Below, in pieces: positions 19,098 through 29,853 of a stretch of 64,000 bases of DNA. Location of the stretch: the IMG/VR virus record IMGVR_UViG_3300004463_001172, positions 1 to 64,000 of that record. One strand, 5' to 3'. Each line of letters opens with the position of its first letter. Within the stretch, counting starts at the first letter, position 1. The notes under the pieces were generated by a model. It was not told where the DNA came from and made no database searches. It worked only from the letters and a program-made list of their open reading frames with translations. The position numbers and the translations under genes were made by a program. This stretch comes from a virus.

Positions 19098-19745
19098 CTA
19101 ATCGAGTGGTTCTCGGGTGAGGACCATCGTATGCGTCGGTTCTTCCGCCAAGCCGAGACTCCGCATCGGCGTACTGGCCAGCGTGAGCATCAGCAATGCC
19201 GTGGTGGCGCGTGTCAGGGTATGCATGGGGGGGCTGACGAGCGCTAGGGTCTGGCTGGCTTCTACGATGGTTAGCAGATGGATGGACGAGCTGCCAAGCG
19301 TCAGGAGATGGAGCGGTTCCACCCTAACGTTCAGATCACGCGGCACCTCTAGCAGGCCTTCTGGATCTGTACCGACCCATCCCGTCTCGACCCAGTCGTT
19401 TTCCACCCATCCCATGGGGAGTTGCGCCCCACCCATCTGGATCACGATGGCGTCAACGACCTGCCCATCGAATACGAGCGCGTGCATGGGCGTACTTGCG
19501 AGCGTGAGACTGGTCATCGCTGTACTCGCCAGCGTATTGGTATGCATCGGTGTGGCGGCCACGCTGAGCACGCGCGGCGTTTCCCCGCAGATCAGGAGAT
19601 GCAGTGGGGAACTGGCGAGGGTCAAGAGATGCGGCGACTCAGTCGCCAGCGTGAAGGTTCTTGGGGGTTCGAGCGCTGGGGTAATCGGCAGTATGTGGGG
19701 TGAGCCGCCAAAATTCAAAAATGCCAGCCACGCCAATGCGCCCAT
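19098..19745 (-). CDS. Repeat-containing hypothetical virion protein
   Basis: Many ~10-aa TLASTPMHTL-like repeats; WVENDWVETGWV motif. Confidence 0.6.
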   Translation of the reverse strand: MGALAWLAFLNFGGSPHILPITPALEPPRTFTLATESPHLLTLASSPLHLLICGETPRVLSVAATPMHTNTLASTAMTSLTLASTPMHALVFDGQVVDAIVIQMGGAQLPMGWVENDWVETGWVGTDPEGLLEVPRDLNVRVEPLHLLTLGSSSIHLLTIVEASQTLALVSPPMHTLTRATTALLMLTLASTPMRSLGLAEEPTHTMVLTREPLD

Positions 19746-19901
19746 CTAGGTCAACCACCTCAGCACCTGATACGTCAGAGAGACGAGCCACCAGCAGCGG
19801 CCGATGCCCATCATCAAGATACTATTCCGGCTGGGATTCGGCCCGCCGACCACCGCCCCGACTTCCGACGCCCCATGCCCTAAATTTGTCGTCCAGACCA
19901 T
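19746..19901 (-). CDS. Small hypothetical protein (51 aa; not in the ORF track)
   Basis: MVWTTNLGHGASEVGAVVGGPNPSRNSILMMGIGR...; stop abuts the next ATG. Confidence 0.4.
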   Translation of the reverse strand: MVWTTNLGHGASEVGAVVGGPNPSRNSILMMGIGRCWWLVSLTYQVLRWLT

Positions 19902-20001
19902 AGCTTACCCCTGCACGCTGGCTCCATGGGTAATCTACCCATTGGTGCTGGCTGGCACTTGGGCTCTGATCCGATTGAGTTCTAATCCGAGCCCACGATT
20001 C

Positions 20002-20280
20002 TCATCCGTCAAGGTCTTCACCTGCTGATTGAGGTCGATCACTTCCTGCATCAATTGGGTAGCCAGGTTCAACACGGCTTTGAGATCGTAATTGGTCAGT
20101 TGCATGGTCTGTCGCTCCTTGGAGGTGCCGTAGTTCGCGAATCATCTGGCATAACAACGGCTCCAGGGTCATGTTGTGGAGTCCGAAGGCTTCCTGAATG
20201 TCGGGATCACAGTGCTCCAGAATCGCCCGTTTGACTTCCGCGAGGGCGAGCGCTTTATTCGGTTTGGCAACGATTTGCAT
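20002..20280 (-). CDS. Hypothetical protein
   Basis: ORF coupled to the upstream gene (TAATG). Confidence 0.5.
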   Translation of the reverse strand: MQIVAKPNKALALAEVKRAILEHCDPDIQEAFGLHNMTLEPLLCQMIRELRHLQGATDHATDQLRSQSRVEPGYPIDAGSDRPQSAGEDLDG

Positions 20281-20513
20281 TAGTGGGACTCCAAAGCTTT
20301 TCGGAGCTGTTGGACATCTTGGAGAAACTGGATCAGCTGCGTCTGTGGGCCGGTCCAGGTCGCGATTCGGCGCATCAACCGTTGGATATCTCGAGTGAGT
20401 TGTATGTGTAGGATATTTCTGAGTGCGCCAGCGCCTGCGCCCTGCGCTACGCCTTGTAAATCTTCATCAAAGCAATCGATGTCGATTGTTGGATTGAACT
20501 GTATCTCAGGCAT
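20280..20513 (-). CDS. Hypothetical protein
   Basis: ORF with AAGGG RBS. Confidence 0.5.
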   Translation of the reverse strand: MPEIQFNPTIDIDCFDEDLQGVAQGAGAGALRNILHIQLTRDIQRLMRRIATWTGPQTQLIQFLQDVQQLRKALESH

Positions 20514-20569
20514 TTCTTACCCTTACGTTCTACGTTATGCACCTTTTATGTATTTGTCACACTGATCTG

Positions 20570-22982
20570 TTAAACATTTTTAATTGCTTGAACTGTAAGA
20601 TAGACACTACTTACGCCTGCACTAAGTTGTGCCGTCCAATTCGTATTGATTGTTGTTTGTTTAAATGGTACAGGCCATGATTTAGAAATTCCCCCACCAT
20701 CTGACGCTAAATCTATACTCCACACGACTGAACCGCCTGTCGTATCGCGTAAATCTACGCGAACCTCTGTACTGCTCTCATTCGTGATTTCCAGTGAGGT
20801 TAAATCAAGAAAGTGACTGGCGACTTGGGCAAGAAGAGTCGTTTCCGACGTCGTGGTTAGGACAATGCGATTTTGAACCACTAAGTCTCGCGGCCCATGA
20901 GGTACGGTAATCAAGCGCCCTAGATCGTCGCACACGACATTGGCCCGGTCCGCATCGGCTACGGCCGCTTGCCAGGTTTGACGGGCCTGTGCCCCGAATT
21001 TCACCGGATTGCCTGAATCCACCGCGTCATGGGCGAGATCCCCGCCCGAGATAAAGGTTCCCGTGCCTGCATTTGCGGTAATCGTCCCATCGACGGTATG
21101 CGACCCGCCACCATCGAAGATTTCAACCTTGAGATAACCGTTGGCATCCACCAGTAAGGGTGCCCAATCGCCGGTAGTGCCAACCAAGGAGGTATCCGCA
21201 TCGCGCCTCACCGCCAAGGCTCCTACTGCGGTATCTGTAGCCCCCGCCACGGCATCAATGGCTTTCCCGAGGTTAGTGGCTGCCACGCCTGGGACAATGG
21301 CGGTGGTAATCGATCCCACCGAGGCTAACACTCCTGTCGAATCGTTTGCTAAGGTGACCCGCTGGGCCGTCGCTTGTGCGCCACCGCCGACGACGTTGAG
21401 GACGGTGTTGGACACGGGTTGCGTGACGGCTGATCCATCGACGGTTAACGCGTTGGCCGCCGTCACAGCAGCGGAGCGTTCAGCGGTGAGATCGCGTATC
21501 TGTATGTACAGGTTCCGGTTGGCCGACATGCGCAGCGCCCCGGCATCGCCCTCATCGACACTATCTGGGCCTGTATCGTCAAACTGGGCCCCGGCCATCA
21601 TGACTTTGCTGGTGCCTGGGGTAAACGCGGCATCATCGGCAATCACCGGGTCATCGATGAGCTGTAAGGCGGTGAGCGCCGCGCCATCCACTTGTGTAGC
21701 AAAGGTACCCGCGTTCGTCACCGCATGCGCTGCAACCGTGACGGTTCCCTGAATCCGGGTGACATCGACATCAAGGCCATTGGACCCATCACCCGTAATC
21801 AGTGTGCCCCCTGCCGCCAGATTGACCACCTGTGAGCCATTACGGAGCGACCAGAGCCGCACGACATCGGCATCACCACTGACATCACTGGGCGCCGCTG
21901 CGGAGGCATACGCCCCTTGGAGAACGGGATTCCCTGCGGCCACCGCGTCATGCGCCGCATCTCCGACCACTTCAATCGTGTTGGTGCTGGCTGGCAGGGA
22001 GCCGACTGTGACGGTACCACTGATCGGTTGCGTAACCCCTGACCCGTCAACGACGACGGTGCCGCTGGGAATGACCCATAAGGCTCCGGTACTGTTGGTG
22101 CGGGCGGGCACATAATCGCCATCGACGGGCGTTAAAGCGCTGAGCGCATCATCACGCACGGCTAAGAGCGCCACCCCAGTATCCGTTGCGCCTTGGGCGC
22201 TATCAATCGCCTTGCCGAGGTTCGTGGCTGCCACGCCAGGCACCACGCTGGTAGTAATGGAGCCGAGCGAGGTGAGCACCCCATCGACCGTGAGCGAGCC
22301 GCCATTATCATCGATACTAAGCACGCCGGTTGAGTCGGTCGCGATGGTCACTCGTAAGGCTGTCGCTTCCGCACCGCCACCCACTACGGCCAGCGTTGCG
22401 TTGTCCATGGTGAGTGACCCGCCATTGTCGTCGACCGAGAGCACCCCTGTTGAATCGGTGGCTAAGGTCACGCGCTGCGCGGTTGCTTCGGTTCCACTCC
22501 CCACGACATTCAATGGCGCTGGTACGGAGGCCACCGCCACATCAAGGTTGCCGCCGAGGTTATCCGAGCGCAGATCAACGGGGATGGGGTCGGTGGTGGA
22601 GACTAGATTGGCGGTGCCAAGGGCACCCCAGGCCAATTTGGAAATCTGGAAGTGCACGAGTGAGATTTCATCAGTAGCAAGAATCGCTCCACCTGTTCCA
22701 CTCACTCTGTTATCGCTCAGGCTCTTTATCCTGAGCTTCTCTACATCGCTGTAGAGGTCGGACTATTTCATCATCCTCTGTGTAGGATGCCGGGCGCTCG
22801 TGGGTGGGTTATTGGGTTGGCTCCTCACCACCTAGTCTCTAGACCGTCGTGAGTACGTGTCGCCATTCCTCACGCTTGGTACGGCGTTACCTCAAGGAGG
22901 CTTTCACCGTTTCACCCGGTTTGCGCTATGCCGTTACCAGCATAGGGAACTATGGTTAATTCAGCTCGATATTGTCGGCCAA
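20570..22982 (-). CDS. Intron-split virion/tail-fibre-like repeat protein; exons 22959-22982 and 20570-22702 (~718 aa)
   Basis: GGAGG + TTG gives MADNIELN, which joins in frame to SGTGGAILATDEI after intron removal; internal repeats RVTLATDSTGVLS and VPGVAATNLGKAID. Confidence 0.8.
22703..22958 (-). mobile_element. Group I self-splicing intron, ORF-less (256 nt)
   Basis: Exon ends in U, intron ends in G; P1 GAAU|UA-ACCA-UA-GUUC with U.G at the splice site; R-like AGAGACUAG and S-like GAAAUAGUCC elements; P9-type hairpins. Confidence 0.85.
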
Positions 22983-22996
22983 CTAATTATCCCTCC

Positions 22997-23025
22997 TTGC
23001 AATACTTGACATTATCTGCTATACT
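22997..23025 (+). promoter_or_regulatory. Sigma70-type promoter of the HNH gene
   Basis: TTGCAA-17-TATACT with an extended -10 TG. Confidence 0.6.
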
Positions 23026-23050
23026 CCTTTTCACAGAAAGGAGCGCGGAT

Positions 23051-24193
23051 ATGGCAAGACTGGTTGATTTGAGTGGCCAACGATTCGGCCGCTTGCTGGT
23101 CCTGAAGCATGCGGAAAAACATGGAACAAAGTGGCGCTGGGAGTGCTTGTGTACCTGTGGACAACTGTCGTATGCATATACATCTGATTTGCTGTCTGGC
23201 AAACATACATCCTGTGGCTGTTATCATCGAGAGCGTGTAACAAAGCATGGCGCGTTGGTCAAACCGCGAGTGGAGATCGGTGCAAGATTTGGACGGTTGA
23301 CGGTCAGTAGCCGTCTTCTTGATCACCCTGACCGTCCATGGTACTGTCAGTGTGATTGCGGCCACATGGCCACTGTCGCTGCAGGGGATTTGCTGAATAG
23401 GCACGTGAAGAGTTGTGGATGTTTGCGGCGAGATATGGGTTCTGTCAAGCGGACTCGGCAGTTGCAAGGCCAACGTTTTGGCCGCTTGCTGGTCCTGAAG
23501 CGAGGGGAACCTATTTCTCGTGTGGCGACGTGGTTGTGTCAATGTGATTGTGGCAACGAAACGACCGTCCGCACGTATTGTTTGACGAGCGGTATGACGC
23601 AGAGTTGTGGGTGTCTGAGGCGTGATAACGTTTCGAAGCGTTCCTTGCATGAGTTGACTGGACAGACGTTTCACTATTTGACTGTCATCTGTCGAGGTCC
23701 AGATACAGGGACTGGTCGACATGTCCATGTTCAGTGGGTCTGTCAGTGCCGATGCAAAACGATTTGTATTATTGAAGCATCTAAACTGACGAGCGGTTGG
23801 ACCAAGAGTTGTGGGTGTATCCGTTCGGATATTTTGGTTCCGGAAGATCAGCGCCGTTTGTTGCGCTCGACACATAACTCGTGGAACAGCATGAAACAAC
23901 GGTGTACAAATCCCAATACCCCTGGATATCACTATTATGGCGGGCGTGGGATTACGTTCTATGAGCCGTGGCGCCAGTTTAAAGCTTTTCTTCATGATGT
24001 TGGCATTAAGCCATCTGATGGGCATAGCCTCGACCGCTATCCTAATCCGAACGGCAATTATGAACCAGGCAATGTTCGGTGGGCCACAAAACTTGAACAA
24101 GCCTTAAATCGTAAGATTCCTGATACGATTAGGTTTCCAGAACGTCATCTTTCAACTGGTCGTTTTATCACTGGGGAGCCTCACCACAGATAG
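23051..24193 (+). CDS. Free-standing HNH homing endonuclease with 4 Cys-rich repeats (380 aa)
   Basis: AAGGAG RBS; 4 repeats of G-x-x-F-x-x-L..CxC..SCGC; YGGRGI..SLDRYPNPNGNYEPGNVRWAT. Confidence 0.85.
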   Translation: MARLVDLSGQRFGRLLVLKHAEKHGTKWRWECLCTCGQLSYAYTSDLLSGKHTSCGCYHRERVTKHGALVKPRVEIGARFGRLTVSSRLLDHPDRPWYCQCDCGHMATVAAGDLLNRHVKSCGCLRRDMGSVKRTRQLQGQRFGRLLVLKRGEPISRVATWLCQCDCGNETTVRTYCLTSGMTQSCGCLRRDNVSKRSLHELTGQTFHYLTVICRGPDTGTGRHVHVQWVCQCRCKTICIIEASKLTSGWTKSCGCIRSDILVPEDQRRLLRSTHNSWNSMKQRCTNPNTPGYHYYGGRGITFYEPWRQFKAFLHDVGIKPSDGHSLDRYPNPNGNYEPGNVRWATKLEQALNRKIPDTIRFPERHLSTGRFITGEPHHR

Positions 24194-24221
24194 ACCCACA
24201 TCATCCTGCATAACTCTGGGG

Positions 24222-26150
24222 TTATCGCCCCAGCCCTAGCAGCAACAAGCTATTGACTAATGGCCCCACGCCTCCACCCACCGCTGGCGCTTCGGGCACC
24301 TCGAATTCCAGCCAGGACACTTGCGCCCGTCGCGTGGCTTTGGGATGCACCGCGACCGTATAGGCGGTCCAATCGGACAGCGTACCGGTAACATCCCACA
24401 CCGAGGGGTCTTCGGTGGCCCCTGTAGCTTGGCGCCAAGCCCCACCGACCACGCAGTTCAGACCAACGGCCCCCGCGGTGAGGGAGGTAATAAACGCTTG
24501 CCCCAGGGTATAACTCGTCGGATAGGCGGTAATCCCCGTTTGCTCCCCCGCCATACCAAAGAGCGCGCCAAAGAGATAGGTTTTTGACCCACCCGTCGGT
24601 GTGACCGTGGTCGAGTTCGGTTCTGTGGCGCTCCCTGTGGCCACCGTTGAGAGCTGTGGTGGATTGACGGTAATATCCTCCGCCCCGGAGATTTGCCAAG
24701 CAATGGCGGCAAAGCGCCCACTGCCGGATGAGAGCGTGATGGTCGAGCCTTCGGCGCCCGTGACGGTATGATAGGCCAAGGCCATTTGATCATCCGCCGC
24801 GTCATCGCTGGCATCGAACAATTCCACCCAACTGGCATCAGGCCAGCCGATGGCCCCTGCCGACGCATTGCGAATCAACACGACCAGCAGGTTTCCTGCC
24901 ACGAGGCTCCCTGGCAGGTTCACCACGGGCGTGGTCGTCGCCGTCGAGCCACTAGTGGTGGCACTATTAACGATGGCCGGGTTGCTAGGAACCACCGGAC
25001 AATCGGCCACCAACCGCGTATAGAGGCTGCTATAGGCGGTAATGGCATCGGCTTCGGCACCTGAGAGCGTGTAACTGCCTGCGGTCCAGCCGGCGCCGAT
25101 ATCGGTGAGGGTCGCGGCCGTGGCAATCAACGTGCCCTGACTGCCCTCGTTGGTATAGCCTTCGCGCAGCTCGACGGTGAGGCTGATGGCGGCCCCGCCT
25201 GCGGTATCCTTGCCATAGCGCCAGCGTAGAGTATGGCCACTCGATGAGACCGGATCGGTGAGGCTCCCGAGCTGAGCGACATACACATCAAGGGTAGGGG
25301 TGAGTTGGGTGCGGATATAGTCGGCATCATCGGCGACCGTTTCATCGAGCTGATCGTAAATCGTGGTGGTGGTTCCATCGTCCTCTTCCCAATTATCCCG
25401 CGTCGTGTCGGCCATCGGCCGTGCCAGTTGGGGTGTCGTGATGATGGTGTCAAGGAAGGGGAGACTCCGCCAGCATGGAGAAAAGAGCCCGACCGGGGCA
25501 CTGGTGGGGCTCAAGGTGGTGCCGGTGAGGGTTACAGCGTTCCCGTTCCCACTGAGGTCTTGGATCGGGCTGTCATTCCAGAAGAGCCAATAGCCTTTGA
25601 GGGTACTGGAGCGGGGCAGGCGTCCCGTGACCGCCCAGCCGACAAATTCATTGTCGGTCGGGCGGCCTTGCAGGATCGCGATGCGGTCAATATCCCCGAT
25701 AAAGCTATTTTGATTCGTGGCGGAGAGCCAATTCCCAATCCGTCCCGCATCCGTGCTTGGCGCGGCGAGTGTGTTAGTATCGGCATTCGTCTCGGTGGCC
25801 AGCACCCCACTGCTATAGGTGTATTTCTTGAAGGTCGCGGCCGCGCCAGTAGAGCAGAAGAGGCACAATGCGGTCCACTCGTTCAAGGCCAGGGCTGTAG
25901 TTGAGGTGCCGTTGGAGTTGGCAATCCCTGTATGGGTGAGGTCGAGAATGCCATTGATATCACTCACGCCGATCCCATAGCCTCGTGCGGCGGTGCCGAC
26001 GACGAGAATCTGCTCATTATTCCCAGCACTGCGATACGTGGGCAGCCGGACCACGGCCATCAGACAGACATCGGTATTGAAATTCCACACCGCCGAGGCG
26101 GGAATAGTGAGGTAATCGACCGATGTATTACCAGGCCAGGCGCGTGCCAT
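24222..26150 (-). CDS. LamG-like virion/tail-associated protein (642 aa)
   Basis: FIGDIDRIAI, LKGYW..QDLSGNGN; Thr/Gly/Ala-rich. Confidence 0.65.
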   Translation of the reverse strand: MARAWPGNTSVDYLTIPASAVWNFNTDVCLMAVVRLPTYRSAGNNEQILVVGTAARGYGIGVSDINGILDLTHTGIANSNGTSTTALALNEWTALCLFCSTGAAATFKKYTYSSGVLATETNADTNTLAAPSTDAGRIGNWLSATNQNSFIGDIDRIAILQGRPTDNEFVGWAVTGRLPRSSTLKGYWLFWNDSPIQDLSGNGNAVTLTGTTLSPTSAPVGLFSPCWRSLPFLDTIITTPQLARPMADTTRDNWEEDDGTTTTIYDQLDETVADDADYIRTQLTPTLDVYVAQLGSLTDPVSSSGHTLRWRYGKDTAGGAAISLTVELREGYTNEGSQGTLIATAATLTDIGAGWTAGSYTLSGAEADAITAYSSLYTRLVADCPVVPSNPAIVNSATTSGSTATTTPVVNLPGSLVAGNLLVVLIRNASAGAIGWPDASWVELFDASDDAADDQMALAYHTVTGAEGSTITLSSGSGRFAAIAWQISGAEDITVNPPQLSTVATGSATEPNSTTVTPTGGSKTYLFGALFGMAGEQTGITAYPTSYTLGQAFITSLTAGAVGLNCVVGGAWRQATGATEDPSVWDVTGTLSDWTAYTVAVHPKATRRAQVSWLEFEVPEAPAVGGGVGPLVNSLLLLGLGR

Positions 26151-26435
26151 CTAGAGCAATCCTGTTTCCTGAAACGCCCAAATCATTAAGGCAATGGCTT
26201 TTTGCTGTGTCGTCGCCGTGGACTTGAATGGTTCCGGCAACCGGGCGAGGAAGTTTTGCTTGATCGTACTCCCAGCAGTGAGCGCGGCTGGCAGCGCATC
26301 CATGGTGTCGTCGATCGAGCCAATCGCCGCGGTGAAATCCGCGACGGTCATGGTGGCGGTAATATTGGCGCTGGTATACAGCCGCCGGGCGAGTTCCCGT
26401 GCGGCATTGGCGCGTTCTCCAGCGGTTTGTGACAT
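26151..26435 (-). CDS. Hypothetical protein
   Basis: Packed ORF in the tail region. Confidence 0.55.
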   Translation of the reverse strand: MSQTAGERANAARELARRLYTSANITATMTVADFTAAIGSIDDTMDALPAALTAGSTIKQNFLARLPEPFKSTATTQQKAIALMIWAFQETGLL

Positions 26436-26445
26436 CAGGGGCTCC

Positions 26446-26967
26446 TTAGACGAAGAGAATACTCGGGATCCACGTACTCACCTGTGCGAGAGACCAGGAG
26501 GCGGTCTCAAAGGTAAGATCCATCACGATAATCTCCCCGGCCACCACCGTATCGGCATCCATCGTCCAGCGTGCCTCGACATATTGATCAGCGTCCCCCG
26601 TGCCCCAGGTCAGCGTGGCCCCCGAGCCCCCGGCCTGTCCGGCTTGACTGGTGGGGGTCACCGATTCGGCGAGAGGCGTGGCCGCTGAGGGACTTTCCCC
26701 AACCGCCACACTCACCCATTTCGGATTGACCCGTGCCACCCCAGCGGTCGCGTTGGCGAGGGCGAGGAGCCGGAAGGTGGCGGTGCCGGTTGGGAGGGTC
26801 GTGGGCATCTGAAAGCGTAAGCGCCAGATCGTATCCGCGCCCAAGCTCGCGGCCACCCCGAGACCTTCCTCATGCTTGCTATTGGCCCCGCCGCCCACAT
26901 AAATATTCGGAAAGGCATTGCTGGTGGTTGGATACGCGGAGTTCGGAAAGAAGGGACCGCCCGCCAT
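26446..26967 (-). CDS. Hypothetical virion protein
   Basis: Packed ORF with GGAG RBS. Confidence 0.55.
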   Translation of the reverse strand: MAGGPFFPNSAYPTTSNAFPNIYVGGGANSKHEEGLGVAASLGADTIWRLRFQMPTTLPTGTATFRLLALANATAGVARVNPKWVSVAVGESPSAATPLAESVTPTSQAGQAGGSGATLTWGTGDADQYVEARWTMDADTVVAGEIIVMDLTFETASWSLAQVSTWIPSILFV

Positions 26968-26982
26968 ACTGACTCATCTCCT

Positions 26983-27402
26983 TTACGGTAAGGCGTCCAA
27001 CGCTAACGGCACATTGGCCGCCATCGCTTCATCGCGCACGGTGTTGTAAACCGTATCGTCGATATCGTCGCGGGTATGGGCGGTCACCACCAGTTCAGCC
27101 GCCAGCGCCCAATCGCCAGCGGTCACCCGCGGCACAAATAGGGGGTACTTCGCGGCAAAATCGTTGGCGGCCACATTGGTCATGGCGGCATCCAAGGCGG
27201 CGAGAAATCCCGCGATATCTGGCCCGGCGGGTGGGGTGTAGGGCTCCCAGTCGCCATCAGGATCAGGGAGATACCATTCCCCTTGCCGGAGATGGAAGCT
27301 TTCAGGCTCATCCCGCACCAGATCGCCGTCTTCATTGAGGTCCATGTGGCCCCAGCATTTCAGTACGTTGGTGGCTGGGTCACGAAAGCTGTGTTTCGCC
27401 AC
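26983..27402 (-). CDS. Hypothetical protein (tail-fibre assembly-like position)
   Basis: Directly follows the fibre-like gene. Confidence 0.5.
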   Translation of the reverse strand: MAKHSFRDPATNVLKCWGHMDLNEDGDLVRDEPESFHLRQGEWYLPDPDGDWEPYTPPAGPDIAGFLAALDAAMTNVAANDFAAKYPLFVPRVTAGDWALAAELVVTAHTRDDIDDTVYNTVRDEAMAANVPLALDALP

Positions 27403-28265
27403 TAGCTGTCTCCATTTACAAAGCTAAAGCCGAGGATACTAATAAAGGCTTGGCGTGCGGTGATAAACGCGGTGCCACTCACATCCACCCATTGATAGGC
27501 CATGAATTGGCCGGTATTGGGGTGCACCCCCAGGGTTGACCCCGTGCTCTGCTGGTTGGCTTGCGCGGTCAATGAGATTTCAGCTTGAACACCCGCGACT
27601 CCACTAAAGACGCGCAGGAGACTTTGCGCCGTGCCAGCCGCGTTGGTCAGGAGGGCCGCCGAGGTTTGCGTATACACCAATAAGCAATTGGGGGGGACGA
27701 AACTCCCAATACTAAAGCCGGTGGGCACCGTCGCCCCCCCACCCCCTACCGCTCCTTGCACCGTCCGGTAGATGACCGTATTCCCCCGCACGTCGTGCGC
27801 CACGAGCTGGCTGGAGGCATTCAGCCGAGCGGGCGCGGCCACCGCCCAATGGGTATAGGTGGCCGGCAGGGTGGGGCCGGTGGGGGGGGGATTCTGCGAG
27901 GCAATTGTCCGGAGCGGGAGCCCCCCGTTGGAGATGAAATAGGTGTAAATCCAGACGTTGGCGGGGAACACCGCCGCTTGATCGCGGCCATTGATGATGG
28001 GCCCGGCTAAGCTGAGATTGCAGGTGATCGGGGTAAATTGACTGGTGATGTGGGGTAAGATCAGCCCTGTACTACTCTGCAGTCGAATATGACTCGCCGA
28101 AATATCCAGTTGCGTGAGGGGATTCGCCGCATTGACCCCGCCGATGAGGCCCTGCACCCGGCTGATATTCGTCTGTGCCCGGAGATCGGTATCGTGGGTG
28201 CGATGATCGCCGTTATAAACCCCTTCGGTGAGGGTCAAGCCTTCGGGTCGGTCAACGTGTGGCAT
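27402..28265 (-). CDS. Tail-fibre/receptor-binding-like protein
   Basis: GPIINGRDQ..WIYTYFI..GPTLPATYT motif seen in phage tail fibres. Confidence 0.6.
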   Translation of the reverse strand: MPHVDRPEGLTLTEGVYNGDHRTHDTDLRAQTNISRVQGLIGGVNAANPLTQLDISASHIRLQSSTGLILPHITSQFTPITCNLSLAGPIINGRDQAAVFPANVWIYTYFISNGGLPLRTIASQNPPPTGPTLPATYTHWAVAAPARLNASSQLVAHDVRGNTVIYRTVQGAVGGGGATVPTGFSIGSFVPPNCLLVYTQTSAALLTNAAGTAQSLLRVFSGVAGVQAEISLTAQANQQSTGSTLGVHPNTGQFMAYQWVDVSGTAFITARQAFISILGFSFVNGDS

Positions 28266-28274
28266 CTCGCCTCG

Positions 28275-29816
28275 CTATGCCAGCTGGTGATAGCCTAACC
28301 GGAATTGTCCAATGACACTAGTGAGTAAGACTTTCCCGCCAAACGGTAATTGCCGGGGCTCTGTGAGAAAAAAGACTTCGCCCGTGTTGGTAATCGCCAA
28401 GCGCCATCGGGTCGACTGCCGCGAGACGAGAACCACGGGCGCGGTGGTGCCGGTGCCGGCTGGTTGGGTGAGGCTGACCACCCATACCCCTCCCGCAGTG
28501 GCCGGACGCACATAATAGACCGTGCTATTAGCACTGACCAGGCGAATCCAGCTCCACGTACTCGCATTCACCGCGTTGATGCCGGGGTTGAATGAGCTGA
28601 GGAGAAACGTGCTCTCCTCATCGACCGACAAGTACCACGTCGCACTACTGGCATCTTGCAGGAGCGCATAGGTTGCGGCCTCATAGTCCAACCCCGTGTC
28701 CAAGCATTCAAGGTCCGTTTGGTGCGCTTCGGTCTTGAAGTTCACATTCAGAACTTTCAGGAGTCGATTCTGCCAGCCTGTGCCGGTAGGCTCTGGTCCC
28801 CCACGCCAGGTCAAGGTAAGGTAATTCGAGGGCATGAGTGAGGGATAGCGCACGGTTTTCACGGGAAAGCGCACCATGGCTGGGAGCAAGGCATATCTAG
28901 CAAAGAAAAGGCTCTCCCACGCCTTGAGATGGACTTCGGTCCGAATGCCCGGTAATAGCATCTCTTTCGGTTGCTTGCCTCCATACAGGCTGATGGAGCG
29001 GTTATGCGTGGCCGAATCCGGGGCAGTAAAGTCTCCCCGCGACCAGCTGTATTGATAGCGGACGGTGAGGGCATTACAGAGATTACGTCGGTCTAAATCC
29101 CACTCGACCGAGAGCTCTGGGGCTTCCCCGACCAGATCGGTGCGCGCATCAAGTTGGGCCATAATACGCGAGGGATCGACCCGCAGGACCTCATCTAGAG
29201 CAATGGCCAATGTGCCGACGGAGGTGAGCAAATGATCGCCAAAGTAGTGGATCATTAGCTCCGTCAGCCATTCCTTGTAGGTCCGGTGCTCCCCGAACAC
29301 CCAATGAATCGTGTAGCCATGCCCTTCACAGCGTCGCCGCGATTCGTTCACCGTGGCGCGGTCGAAATCCCCCATCAGCCAATCGCCATAGGTTGTGAAC
29401 ACATACTCAACCGCCGTGATGGGATTGGTGATCAGTGCTCCGGTGCCATCGGCTAAGCCGAGCCCCCGCCAGGCCACCTGCCGGCCCCCAGGATCGGTGT
29501 TGAACGTGACCGTCGTAATTAGCCCCTTGCCCTCATAGTTATTGGCCAGGTCGATGGTGTAGACGATGGGGTTTTGCTTCACATCCTCGACATAGATTTC
29601 TGAGATCTGCGCGGCAGACCGCCCATTATTCAGGCAATATGTCCAGGTCGTCACATCGATCAGCACGGCGGGGAGCATCCCCCCAGCTTCGGGATCGGAG
29701 CTATTGACCGCAGCGGTGAGAAAATCCCCACAGACGACGGGCAAAATCGCCCCAGGATCGCCGGGGTGCAGATACTTGGCGGCCGTTTCAAGGAGGAGCG
29801 TATCGTTGAGCTTCAC
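28275..29816 (-). CDS. Tail tip/baseplate hub-like protein (513 aa)
   Basis: Position after the tape measure; LPVVCGD, ITNPITAV, SISLYG motifs. Confidence 0.6.
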   Translation of the reverse strand: MKLNDTLLLETAAKYLHPGDPGAILPVVCGDFLTAAVNSSDPEAGGMLPAVLIDVTTWTYCLNNGRSAAQISEIYVEDVKQNPIVYTIDLANNYEGKGLITTVTFNTDPGGRQVAWRGLGLADGTGALITNPITAVEYVFTTYGDWLMGDFDRATVNESRRRCEGHGYTIHWVFGEHRTYKEWLTELMIHYFGDHLLTSVGTLAIALDEVLRVDPSRIMAQLDARTDLVGEAPELSVEWDLDRRNLCNALTVRYQYSWSRGDFTAPDSATHNRSISLYGGKQPKEMLLPGIRTEVHLKAWESLFFARYALLPAMVRFPVKTVRYPSLMPSNYLTLTWRGGPEPTGTGWQNRLLKVLNVNFKTEAHQTDLECLDTGLDYEAATYALLQDASSATWYLSVDEESTFLLSSFNPGINAVNASTWSWIRLVSANSTVYYVRPATAGGVWVVSLTQPAGTGTTAPVVLVSRQSTRWRLAITNTGEVFFLTEPRQLPFGGKVLLTSVIGQFRLGYHQLA

Positions 29817-29853
29817 TGATAATGGTTCCTATCGCAATTTTGTGATACGTTGA

